NCBI RefSeq assembly: GCF_964355755.1
Contig: NC_092673.1
Location: 23,743,648 to 23,807,647, forward strand
Source of the DNA: Antedon mediterranea
Lineage: Eukaryota; Animalia; Echinodermata
Direction of reading: 5' to 3'
DNA: 64,000 nt
The position numbers were made by a program, and so were the translations under genes. The first letter of the stretch is position 1. Each line of letters begins with the position of its first letter. Below the pieces are notes generated by a model. That model was not told where the DNA came from. It was given only the letters and a program-made list of their open reading frames with translations, and made no database searches. Below are positions 49,001 through 60,625 of this stretch, piece by piece.

Positions 49001-52000
49001 ATTTTTAAACATGTTCAGTAATTTCGGTCAGTATAGTTCACTATGTCGGTCGGTCCGTCTGTCTGTCTGTCTGTCAGTCTGTTTGTCTGTCGGTCCGGTA
49101 TCACTATGCATTGTAGCACGCGACTTAATGGCTGTTGGCCTTGTTCATAAACATCGTTTAAAAACCATTTAGTCGACCATTTAGCCTGCCCCCTCCAGGA
49201 CTAACAAAATTGATCAAAATCCGTCTCGATTTAGTCGAGGTTGGCCTGAATTAGTCGGCGATTTAGTTGAAGTTTGGTTTATGAATTAAAATGATGTCAT
49301 TTTTAAAGTTTTAGAGCGAACTACGACTAAAATCACATTGACCATCATTTGAAATGTTGTCGAAAATTACATTAAAGTACCTCAATACCTTTACCAAGCA
49401 TCTTGTAAGTACATCACAGAGGGAATATTTTATAGTTTATAAATATTTTCAAGGTAAAATACCTCTGGTTTGTAAGGTTTTTATTTGAATTTTCATTCTA
49501 TATTTATGAGGTAATTAAATACTTATTTTTTGTGTTATCACGATTTATTTTCATTTCTTTATTACAGAAATGGATTTTTCCTATTTTCCAATAAAACCTC
49601 AAAAAACATGTAGGCCTAAAAGAAAAAATTCAAGTGAACTAAGTTCAGGTGAGGCATTATGGAATGGAAAGAGTTAAGTTCTATTTAGGCTATCGCTCTC
49701 TGTAGAGCGATAGCCTATTGTTATTGTCAAAGATTTCAATTTTTTTGCTTATTTTTTGTTGCACGCAGATCTAAAAAAACGGCGGTAGCAGTTATGTTGT
49801 AACTTGGCCAGCAGATGCGCGTATATATGTAGTTGTGCAATGTCGCGTAGCGTAACTATGCGCGATTTTCTTAAATTCTTAGATCGACTATAAATTGAAA
49901 ACCAATAGATATTTTTAAATACCACTTGAAACACGTATGCTTCATGTCAAGGGTCATCTTCCTGTATCATCAGCAACATTTTTAACATTGGTATTATCAC
50001 GCTTTGAAAGTTAAAAATTCTGAAAATCTAATTTCTACACGTTTCAGGACTTTTCAAGCATTTCACATTTTTCAAAAAAATATGCGTTGCGCGCGCGCTT
50101 TGCGCACTCACCCCATACGCAGCCTAGAAAGCACGTTTTTGCGCTTGATTATTGTCTTTTATAGTTTTATGATATATTTCTTTCATATTTGATGAATTAT
50201 CAATGCAAAATAAACTTTAAAAATCGTGCGCTTGAAAATTGGTCTAATTTTATGCAAATTTTTGTAAAAATATGCCTATTTTGAATCGATTATAGCTCAC
50301 CTGGATGGCTGGTGACCCCCTATTTGTTTAACTTATTATAAAGGGCAATGAGTTGTAGATATATATTCATGTGACATTTAGATCATAAGTATGTTGTTTA
50401 GTCATCATATGGTCATCTGAATTTTTCAATTAATCTTATTACTCAAAACATTCTCCTTATGACATATGAACTTTATTTTCAATTTGAAAAGGTCATCATA
50501 CTCAAACAATTAAGTAAACGTGAGTGGTGTAAAATAAAAAAATAACCGTCATTTAAACCGTTTACAATGCCAATACCGGTTGTGCCAGTAACGCTTGTTA
50601 AACGATTTTGATCAATGCTATGCTGTTTGTACAATCGTTACTGTAGACTGAGCCTAATGAATAGAATTACGATGCGTTGCGCGATAGCCTAACTCATCAC
50701 CGTGACAAGTTCAAATCTAGTTATACTTAGATGTTAAGGAACGAATTTGTTTAAATTTTATTATTCTTTAGTTCATGACGTCATTTGATTGGATTTATGA
50801 AAATATCATTTTCATTGAGGACATTATAAATAATTATCTTGAATAATAATTATCTATGATGAAGAACTTTCTTTTGCTTTCTGTAGGAAAAACATATATT
50901 TATCTATTTATCGTCCTTCGTTACTGGGCTGAATTTTCTTTTTTACCAATAAATAAAATGATGTAAACAATTTGAATATTGTTTTTAAGAAGCCTTATCA
51001 GTAAGTTGTCATTAATTTTAATTAAAAAATGCATACTTTTCAGATGATGAAATACCAGGTCCATCGACATCTTTACAGTCAGGTATTTTGATTTTTGTTT
51101 AATATACTGTATACTTTTATTTAATCATAAAGAATTTTAATTTGTTTAAACTCAAATATTTGTCTTTTGCATAACTAGAAATAAAATGAAACTTTTTTTT
51201 ATTCTAAAAATAAATTTCCTTATATTGATAAGGTAAATAAATACAACATTTTGTTTTATAAACATTTAGTTTTGATATGTAAAATTAATATTTATATCAT
51301 TTATTTATTACAGAAATGAACTTTTCTCTATCTCAAAAAAAAAAGAAACACACACAGAAGAGTTTAAGTGAACTAAGTTCAGGTGAGGCATTATGGAATG
51401 GGAAGAGTTAAGTCCTGTTTACACTTGGACATTAACAAATGAATTTATATTATAAATATATATACGGCCATACAGCGTTGAAACACCGGTTCTCGTCGGA
51501 TCACCGAAGTTAAGCAACGTTGGGCCCGGTTGCGTTCTGGATGGGAGACCGTCTATAAATCGCGACGGGTGCTGTATATACTGGAGAGTGATGGTGTAAT
51601 GGTAATATCAGACTGGCATGTGATAGGCATGGGTTCAAGGTTATCTGTACCATACTAATTGCATCCTTAGGCAAGATGCTTTACTCTCATTGCCTCGTCC
51701 TTCGGATGGGATGTAAAGCCGTTGTTCCTGTGTACTTAACAGTGCACGTTGAAGAACTTGGTACATTATTCGAAAAGAGTAGGGGATCGTCTCCCGGTGT
51801 GCTGATCTGGTAGGCGCTGCACTGCTGGCTGCCGTGGGTCCGTGGAGGGCCTAATCCGAATTTCCTCAGTTTCCAGTTGAGCTTGAGGATAAATATGAAT
51901 ACCTTTACCTTTATTATTATAGTTTTGAGATGAAAAAAATGTATTTTTATTATCTATATACTGTATCATCATTTGTTTTCAAGCTGAATTGTCCTGTTTA

Positions 52001-55000
52001 CTGATAAATAAGATGATGTAAACAAATTGCATAGTATGTATAGTTTATTTAGAATAAACATTTTCATACTTTTTAGATGATGATGATTTACAACCAGTGC
52101 TACCAGTACCCCCCTCACCCCCTGCACCCAGTCCTGCAACATCTTTTCTGTCAGGTATTTCTTTAAGTTATTATTTAATCATAAAGAATGCAATTTTTTT
52201 AACTTAAATGCTTGTCTTGCTTTGCATAAACAGAAAAAAATGTAAAAAGAATCCATCTTTGAATAATTCCGAAATTTGGTTTTCAGCAACAGAAATAATG
52301 TCTGACGAAATAGAAATTGAACAAAGTTTTCCATGGCCTCTATTAAGAGAGGATGCTTTTCGATTAGATTCAGGTAACAGTCTGTGGGTATTTAAGGAAA
52401 ACCAAAATTTAATCTGATCCTGCCAATTATTTTGATTTATAAGACACCTATGTGTATTCTTGCCATTTGATTGGTTGATTACGTATCACGTGCCGTTCAT
52501 TATTTCGATTCATCCTCACGATTGGGTGGTACATTGCACGTTCAGATGGTACATTGCAAGTTCATGTTGTTTTTTTTTTAATTTTGAGAATCTTGTTCAA
52601 AGTGGTAGGCCTATGAAAACTGCACGATCGAAAACCAGCCTGTAGAGTGCGCAGTCTATAATTGCTCCCCTCCGTGAGGAAAATCCTATAGCGCCATCTA
52701 TATGACATTCATTTCAATATGGCAGCCCATCATCAAGGCTTTCTTTGTGTTGCTTGACTATGCAGATTTGTTATTACTAAAACTGCACAGTAGGTGTGCT
52801 ATAAAACAAATAATGAATGTTTGCATGGAATGGACATAATATTTTCATTCGTTGTCTATTCAACGAGGTGGAGCCAAGTTGAATAGCCCAGTCCATCTTC
52901 CAACTCATGAAAATATTCTGTCTATTCCACTCAAACATTTATTATTTGTATATTGACTGCAAACCATCGGTATGATATGTGGCAATTCACCAGGTTCAAT
53001 ATTAAACCGTTCATTGGCAAAGGTTTGCTATTTATTGAGAAGACAAGGTTTACACTAAAATTATTACGCTTATAACTTAGAACGTATAACAATTTAACTA
53101 TTGATGGGTTGGCTACAAATTTAATAAATATGTGCGACTATTTGGGAGCTATGTTTAAATAGGTTCGTCAGTGAATGCTTTTAAAACCTGTGCAGAGGCC
53201 TATTACATATTGCAGAAAATGTGGATTCTTATGTTTAAATTTTTCACAGGCTGGTATTTCGTTTTTAAACATTAACATTTTGTTACTATACAAAGTTTTA
53301 AAAAGAGTGGTATTAATTGTAGATGTAGATACTTTTTATTTAGGCCCAATCGTTCAATATTGTAATTTTACTTCTACAGTAGTACACATACAATAGTCTA
53401 TCCTATAAAGTATTTCAAAAAATACATTTTAAGGGTCAGTTTTGTCAAGTTGTGGCTGATTAAAATATGTAAACTGTCATTTGGTGTGTAGTTTTCTATT
53501 TGTATTACTATCATCATCGTTATTAATATTGTCATTGTTATCATTTTATTGTTAATTAATGGCTTTTGTACCTTTACCTACCATACCTAATTTTAGCAAT
53601 TTAGTTTATAGAAAAAACGTTCTAGTGTTAGTATTGAAAAATGCTTTCATACGGCAATTAAATTAAAACTGTCTTATTTTAAATTTTAGATCATACATGG
53701 CCTTATTTTTATTTGTCTTTTTATGTTTTTCTAGAATCATCAACAAGCCCACCAATAAAGAAACAAAGGGAAAATTCCAAAAGTAAGATTTAGCCTTTAT
53801 TTATGATTGGCTTTATTATTTTTAAAGTTGACACATGTATTTATTCATCTTCATAATATATGTATGTGTGTATGTATGCATTATTCATTGTTATATATTG
53901 TTGCTGTGTTACTTTACAATTTTAGATAATTTGATCTTGCAGATAGTTTCAAAGTTCAAGTGTTAATGAGGTTTAATAGTTTAGAAAATGATCTACTGGA
54001 AATAAAAAACCTTTTAAAAGCAAATGAAAGAGAACCAAGAGAATCTCAGTTTGAACCTAAAGAATGGCCTATGTCAAGTATGGCACAATTTGACTGTTTT
54101 GAAGTCAAACTAAAAAATGACAATCTGAAGGACAGTGTGGTAGGTCTCTTTTATTGTTTGGACTAATTACAACATGTTTGACTTCTGTTCTTTAATCTCA
54201 TTTATGTTTTTCTTTTTATGTAATTGGCTCAGACACAACAAAAATGTAACTAGCGATTTATTGTAAGCAAACCACATCCCTTTATTTAAGAAATTGTATT
54301 TATGTTACTAATGAAGAAAATAAATGTTATTTTGAATGAATGAATGAATTAAGCATTAGACTCCTACCATGTAGGCCTATAGTATGATGGTGTTTGCATA
54401 TATTATATTTGCATTTTATTCATGACATCTCATTCGTAATAATTTAAAACAAACTGAAAAATGTCTATGTGTATACTTTTAACAGATACAGACTTTAAGA
54501 CGCCAGAAGTCAAATAATTTAGGCCAAAGCGTACGGAATTGCTTAAAGAAAACAGCAACTGCAGACCTCTGGTCTTTTTTCAACATGGAGGGGAGGAATG
54601 AAAAAAAATCCTTTAAGGGTACTGCACTTTGTTCAATAATAACCTGTAAGCACTTAATATTGCTATGTTAATTTATTATGTAGTTACTGTGGATGATTTT
54701 ATATACACAAAAGTTCTACCAGAAGATACTGTATGTCTGAATTTAGGAATTCATTCTGGTGTATTTGGTCTATCAACTAAACTGACAGTTCCTCTTTTTT
54801 CTTAGGTGTTTGTAGAACAGACACCAATACAGACAAAGAGATTGAAAGTGAAATTGGGAAGTATCTCAAATCAACTCCATTTAAAAAGGGTGTGAAGGTA
54901 GGCCTAAGTACTGTATGAGTGGCGGAGTTTTTTCTAAAATCTTACCCAACTCATATGAGGTCTGAAATTATGTTAAGTTTTCATTTCAGTAGGTCTCCAA

Positions 55001-55228
55001 TATGTGATATAGGTCTACGTGGTTTGGAGTCTTTTTCTTTGCTCACACATTGATAAATTTACAAATAGTGAAAGATATGTATAGCGTCTTGATGTTCATT
55101 TATATTTATATCTGCTCTTGCATTGAGAAAATTCACTTCTATTACATGTTATATAATGTTTTTTTTTTTGTTCTTTTTTGTAGAATCAAAAGAAAACAGA
55201 AACAACTTTAATGGAAATTGCAGATTGA
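46029..55228 (+). CDS. CACTA ORF2 (accessory protein, DUF4806-like C-terminus), 12 exons, ~419 aa
   Basis: Manually spliced GT-AG exons 46029-46130, 47356-47617, 49568-49648, 51044-51082, 51314-51382, 52077-52154, 52287-52373, 53735-53782, 53943-54139, 54486-54645, 54806-54897, 55184-55228 total 1260 nt, with compatible phases and no stops. N-terminus MEQRYAVVIF..VEIISEKWL..HWP..P..EKW; C-terminus LWSFFNMEGRNEKKSFKGTAL..EIESEIGKYLK. Confidence 0.82.
46137..46700 (-). mobile_element. 5'-truncated CR1-clade LINE in ORF2 intron 1
   Basis: YKAYIRPHMEYC..WSPY..LEKVQRRATK..RRLRGDLIE..TRGHSLKL..FF..RV...WNSLP (46179-46658), followed by a (TAAGTG)n tail. Confidence 0.9.
47665..49335. mobile_element. 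Non-autonomous TIR element in ORF2 intron 2, itself hosting a HINE copy
   Basis: TTTAGTCGTAGTTC and ATTCATAAAC on the left; GTTTATGAAT and GAACTACGACTAAA on the right. Ends approximate. Confidence 0.5.
48344..49145 (+). mobile_element. HINE/Helentron-type non-autonomous element, copy 2
   Basis: Full-length, highly similar to 36679-37471. Confidence 0.75.
49685..50722 (+). mobile_element. Second HINE/Helentron-type non-autonomous family
   Basis: Starts TTAGGCTATCGCTCT-CTGT-AGAGCGATAGCCTA (hairpin). GCGATAGCCTA recurs near the other end, which finishes TCTAGTT. The paralogous intron at about 51420 lacks it (empty site). Confidence 0.65.
51460..51920 (+). mobile_element. 5S rRNA-derived SINE (SINE3/AmnSINE1-like): 5S head, tRNA-like segment and Deu/Nin core
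   Basis: 51460-51579 is a diverged full-length 5S (TACGGCCATAC..CTCGTCGGATCACCGAAGTTAAGC..GGATGGGAGACC..GGGTGCTGTA) with no T-run terminator. It is followed by A/B-box-like TGGTGTAATGG..GGTTCAAG, core GTCCTTCGGATGGGATGTAAA..TTCGAAAAGAGTAGGGG..CCCGGTGT, and a TACCTT/TTA tail. Confidence 0.82.
52803..52950. repeat. ~150 bp imperfect palindrome (non-autonomous element-like)
   Basis: ACAAATAATGAATGTTT..AATATTTTCAT / ATGAAAATATT..AAACATTTATTATTTGT around a TATTCAAC..GTTGAATA core. Confidence 0.7.
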
Positions 55229-55809
55229 AGATAATCACAGTATAAAATATCAAAAAGTCAATGATCTAGGTGTTCTCTCCATGAGTTAGCGTTCAACAAT
55301 TTTGTTATAGGTGAAAATAGATTGTGGGACAAATGATTTATTGTATCGTTTAGTACGGCTTCGAGGCAGATGGATACGAATATTAGGTGGAAGAAAAGTG
55401 TATTCCTTATGGAGGGGGTGGTCTGTTTGTGAGAGTACACGTTTTACCAAGGAGAGAACACCTGCATCATAGTTGAAATTAAGATAACTCCAATAACCTG
55501 CCAGCCCTTCTGGTAATTTTATTTAATATAGTTCCTTATCTTTTTAATATAAACAAGATCCCAGATAATTCTACAAAAAGATATAACACTAAGTATGGTC
55601 GATTGGTAGAACAGTATAAAAATTTGTTTGCTAACATTAAATTTCCTAAGTTGTCTTAACAGGTACATTATATCCCTTTTTTATAGAGTTTTTGAATGTT
55701 ATTACACCAGTTCAGCTTTTCGTCTACTATAGTTAGATAGATTCTGTAAATACTGTATAACATTGCCAGAATGTTGTGATGTTGTTATACAGGCCTACTA
55801 GTACTTTTT

Positions 55810-56400
55810 TTTACGTTTGTTTCTGTTACGCTCGGTAACGTTATTTAAACGTTACGAATATACGTTTGTAAACACTGAGTTAAAAACGTTTTATTTTGGT
55901 TTCTGTTACATTCAGTAAAACGCTATTTAAGCGTTCTGAATATACGGTTTTTGAAACCTATTAAATACACATCCAAAGCATTTATTAAACGTCTTTTTTT
56001 GGTTTCTGTTACGTTCAGTAGTTACGCTATTTAAACGTTCCGAACATACGGTTTTTTAAACCTATTAAACACGTATCCAAAGCATTTATTAAACGTCTCT
56101 TTTTGGTTTCTGTTACGTTCAGTAGTTACGCTATTTAAACGTTCCGAATATACGGTTTTTGAAACCTATTAAACACGCATCCAAAGCATTTATTAAACGT
56201 TTCTTTTTGGTTTCTGTTACGTTCAGTAACGCTATTTAAACGTTCCGAATATACGGTTTTTAAACCTATTAAACACACATCCAAAGCATTTTTTAAACGT
56301 TTCTTTTTGGTTTCTGTTACGTTCAGTAACGCTATTTAAACGTTTCAACTGTACGTTTTTTAAGCGTAATAAAAACTTGAATTTTGTTCACAAAAAAACG
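55810..56400. repeat. Right subterminal tandem array of the CACTA element, ~104-bp period
   Basis: GGTTTCTGTTACGTTCAGTA at 56001, 56105, 56209 and 56309. Confidence 0.9.
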
Positions 56401-56498
56401 TTAAAGAAACATTTCATCAAAACATTTATGAAACGTTTTTTTGGTTTTAAATGAACGTTTGTACGACGTTAATAAAACGTTATTTTGTTAGCTGGGTA

Positions 56499-57770
56499 GC
56501 ACCAATAGACAAGGTCAATACAAAAGCCCAGGTCTAGGCCCACGTACAAATTGTCGAAATTGTGGTACTAAACACCCACCGAGAAGTTGCCCCGCCTACG
56601 GTAAGGAATGTAGAGCCTGTCACAAATACAATCATTACGCCCAGTTCTGTCGGTCTAAGCCCCAAATGATACACACACTAACTGAGGAATACGATTATGT
56701 TGACAACGATTATTATTATGATGGTGATGAACAATTAGAAACTGTAATTGGACACTTTGTTATTGACAATGTTAACGTTCCTAATTCGAACACAGGAGCT
56801 AAGTGTAACGTAATGTCGCTAACAACATTCAAACGCGTCGCTAAGACTGAATGTATAAACCAGTCAAAGAAAACTATTTTGATATCATTTGGTGGCACTG
56901 AAATTGCCAGCGAAGGTGTTACAACACTACAGTGCCATGGAAGCACACCAGACACATATGATCTTCAATTTCATGTCATCAACAAGCCAGTGCAGACACT
57001 GCTAGGCCTACGCGATTGTTTACGCATGGTTTGATCTGGCCAAAGATGAGTCAAGATATTGACAATCTTATTGAAAGATGTAGTGTATGTAACAGCACTA
57101 AATCACACATACAAAAAGAACCACTTCAAAGTCATCCCATACCATCTCTGCCATCGGAAACTGTTGGAGTAGACCTATTTCATTGGAATCATGACTACGT
57201 CGCAATTGGTGACAAATATTCAAATTGGTTTGATATGGAAATGCTACAATTGACATAACATCGTATTCTGTGATCCAATACCTAAAGAAACAATTCGCTA
57301 TACATGGTACACCGAACACGCTAAATAGCGATAATGGAAAGCAGTTTGTTTGTCATGAATTCAGCGAGTTTGCCAAATCATGGAACATTCATCATATTAC
57401 GAGCAGCCCACAGTACCCCCAGTCTAATGGACTCGCAGAAAGCGCAGTGAAAAGGAGTAAACAACTCCTGGAGAAAACCGAACGAGAACAATTGTTAAAA
57501 CCAACCATGACATCAGGCGTACAAGAACAACTCAAGAAAAAACAACAACAGAACAAATAATCATACAAGTCAGCAAAACCGCTACACAAACTCCGACCCG
57601 GTCAAGTTAAGCAGAAATCGCAGACACATCATCCCGGTATCCGAACCTGACCCGGTATTCACGGAAAACAACAACAACAGCGACAGACAACTATCACACA
57701 CCAAAGTACACCAACCACCGCCGACCACGCGATATGGAAGAGTGGTACGTCCAAATCCCCGTTATCTGAT
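56499..57770 (+). pseudogene. Mag-like Gypsy remnant, 3' part: double zinc knuckle, protease, integrase; RT/RH deleted
   Basis: CRNCGTKHPPRSCPAYGKECRACHKYNHYAQFC; NTGAKCNVM and LLGLRDC (PR); WPKMSQDI..CSVC, NSDNGKQF, SSPQYPQSNGLAESAV (IN). Confidence 0.88.
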
Positions 57771-57789
57771 CGTACCTAATTATAGTAGT

Positions 57790-59400
57790 GAGCCCTCTAT
57801 AGTTTAATCAATATGAACAACCCCTAATGAATACCCTATATATGACCATGCTCTCTCTCTGCATGCTGATTCATTGTACACACGAGTAACTAATAAAATA
57901 CAGTCATATAATCAGTTATAACGTCGTCCGGCTAATATATTTTATCAGCGAGGGCTTACAAGTATTGTCTATATTAATACCAAGTTGGCGTGGTGGCAGC
58001 GTCAGGAGACAAAAATCCTACGCAACATATTTTACTGCCCACAAGAATATTGACTTACCGTCTACACAGGCAGACCTAGCCCTATAGTATTTATACAGCC
58101 GTTATCGCACATCCACAGTCAAGCAACTGACCGGCGCATACCGCAGCCGCTGAGAATTGGCGTCAACACCTCATGACACTAAATTCGCCAATTTCCTGGT
58201 GGAAGGTTTCTCGTGCGGCAAGAAAACCAAAGCTTCCCCAGAAAGTAACCATGCTGGAACTAATGTTTGCTAGCATTACTGAAAACGAAGAACTCACCCC
58301 TTCACTTGAAAATCTACTCGCACTGACATGGCTACTTAGTTCACCCTTTACTTCCCCAACTTGTCAAACAGAGATATGGCACACAGCTTCGCTCACGCAC
58401 ACTGGCGTCCATCAAGCCTGAAATTTCACAAGCTATGACTTCTCTATTAGAAGAAATCAAAACTTCAGATGGCACAAGAGTCATGCGTTCAGACGACAGC
58501 TACTGCCACGAACAGGATTTCACCTGTGTCGAGGATCACAACGACCCACTATCTGGTTCATCCTCAGCTCTCCAAATACAGGTACGCCAGTCAGTCAGTC
58601 GCCATATCTCGAAGCCTTTCACGGCTATAATACTGATAATACTGTACATATTACTATAGACAGCGGTGCTCCTGGCAACATGATCCGTGAATCAAATGCG
58701 TTCAGATTAAGCCTAGTAGTCAATCGGCACACGAAGCCGATGGATCTTCGCAGTTACAGGTTATGGGCGAGACAAACGTCACCTTTATACGTGACTCGAC
58801 GTTGAGCTACTCGCTGGTACACCGTTCATGGAACAGAATGATATTTCTATCCGCCCCGCTAAGCGTCAGGTGGTAATGGCTCTGTCAGCACGCACTGTGA
58901 TATGGCCAGGTATAGTTACATTGAATTTTCACTCCCAAATGTCCTCACCGACATAAACAATCTCGAAAACATCTTTGCCATCTCATGTTTGGCCCGAACC
59001 ACATATCATATCGTGCGTTGCCGGACGAATTTGTATTCCTAATCTGTCAGACGCAACATACTCAAACAATTTACTAGCCTCCACAAGGAGACATTTTCAA
59101 CCCTTCCTTTAAAGGTTATAATGGTGCTGTAGGCCCATTTGTTGCCACCATAAATATGGGACCAGTCCAACCCCCACATGCAAAGGTCGACTCCCTCAGC
59201 ATGTAAAAACAAGCTCCTCGAACTACAACACAAGTTCAACGAACTCGAAACACTTGGGATTTTTGCCCGTCCAGAAGATATTGGAGTTGCTGTAGAATAT
59301 CTCAATCCATCATTCCTCGTGAAGAAAGCCAACGGCGGTTACAGATTAGTGACATCCTTTGCCGATGTTGGCAGGTACAGCAAACCACAACCTGCCTGCT
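57790..59400 (+). mobile_element. Heavily deleted Gypsy-type LTR element (LTR remnant, PBS, gag/PR/RT fragments)
   Basis: AATAAA-containing LTR-like segment and PBS-like TGGTGGCAGCG (tRNA-Leu type) at about 57991. EELTPSLENL..LTWL (gag-like), DSGA (PR), and [35 protein letters not shown] (RT N-terminus), truncated at about 59400. Confidence 0.7.
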
Positions 59401-59706
59401 AGTAATTTAGTAACGCTCAAAAAAAGTAACAATAACAAATGTAAGACATCAAATTATAAAACTAGTATTTTACAATGCAATGTATAATTGTAATTCTATT
59501 ACGTCATCTATACACTCCAGGGATCCCATGAGATGGTAGCGCACATGCGCAGCTTCAGTTAGCAACATAAAATAGTTGTACGCGGTATAGCTATTTCAGC
59601 TTCAATTGTTTCTGCATTTTACACGTAGTGTAAAGAATTATTTTACTATTTTTATTATTACTATTGTAAGTATAATTTGTAGAAAATAACTTGCATACTT
59701 TTGACT

Positions 59707-60560
59707 ATGGCCGACTCGCCAATAAACAAGACGCGTGTGTCAGACGTGCTTGCACTCGATTTGGAGGATGCAACGTCAACAGGCTCCGCATTCGCGGGCC
59801 ACACTATGATGATGGCGCCACACGGTAACAACGATCAGTCTAGTACTAGCGCGGCTAGTACGTATACGAAGAAGAGAGCATTTGACTCCTTTTACCACGA
59901 TCAGTATCAGTGACCTTAACAGTTAGGCATAATAAAAAGTCTTCTCCAGCAGTAGATAATGGAGAGATTTTGAAAATGTTGGTCGATATTCGTCAAGGTC
60001 AGGAGCAATTTAGTTCCAGGTTGGGCAACCTAGAGAACCTCTGCTATGACAATAATGATTACACAAGCGGTATTGTCAATATCCTCTTTCGAGAGGGTAC
60101 CAGTGAGGATAAGAATATCGAGTTAACAAAAAAGACCAAGAAGCCAGAGAATTGCGAGGGTCTTGCTAGTGTTAGAGTAGAAGCTCCTTGACATTGGCAT
60201 GGATGCTTTAGCCTTGCTAGGAAATTCAAATCGTAATTTGAATTTAAGAAGGTGGGACTGTATGAAACCCGACCTTAAAAAAGACTACTCTCACCTCTGC
60301 TCCTCTTCGGTTCCATTTACCGACAAGCTGTTTGGTGAGGATGTTTCTAAACGTGTAAAGGACATCCAAGATATTAACCTAGCTGGGAGTAAGATCAGAG
60401 TACAGCCAGTACTGGCTTCAGGCCCACATCCTTCCATACATTCAGAGGAAGAATGAGAGGCCGTGGTCGTGGCATATTCAGAGGCCGTGGTAGAGGAAGA
60501 GGAAACTTTCATGAATCAAAAAACTTCTACAAGGGGGTCAAGTCTCACAAACAGAAGTAG
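59707..60560 (+). pseudogene. DIRS gag-like ORF1 fragments
   Basis: KPENCEGL..VRV, DALALLGN.N..LNLRR..MKPDL..Y..LC, LFGEDV..RVKDI, and an RGRG-rich tail. Confidence 0.7.
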
Positions 60561-60625
60561 AGACGAGTGATCATGTCGAACCCCCAGTAAGTATAGAGAT
60601 TTCTTCTGAAACCTTTTTCCATGCA

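Larger units (their letters stand above)
40997..56496 (+). mobile_element. Full-length CMC/EnSpm (CACTA) DNA transposon, 15.5 kb
   Basis: TA|CCCAGCTAACA ... TGTTAGCTGGG|TA (TIR plus 2-bp TSD). AACGTT-rich subterminal tandem arrays, intact transposase and spliced ORF2. Excision restores the host gag frame (..KPGP-STNRQ..). Confidence 0.93.

Noticed and set aside
51460-51579. Functional 5S rRNA gene
   Set aside because: Diverged in the internal promoter region, no oligo-T terminator, and fused to tRNA-like and SINE core sequence.
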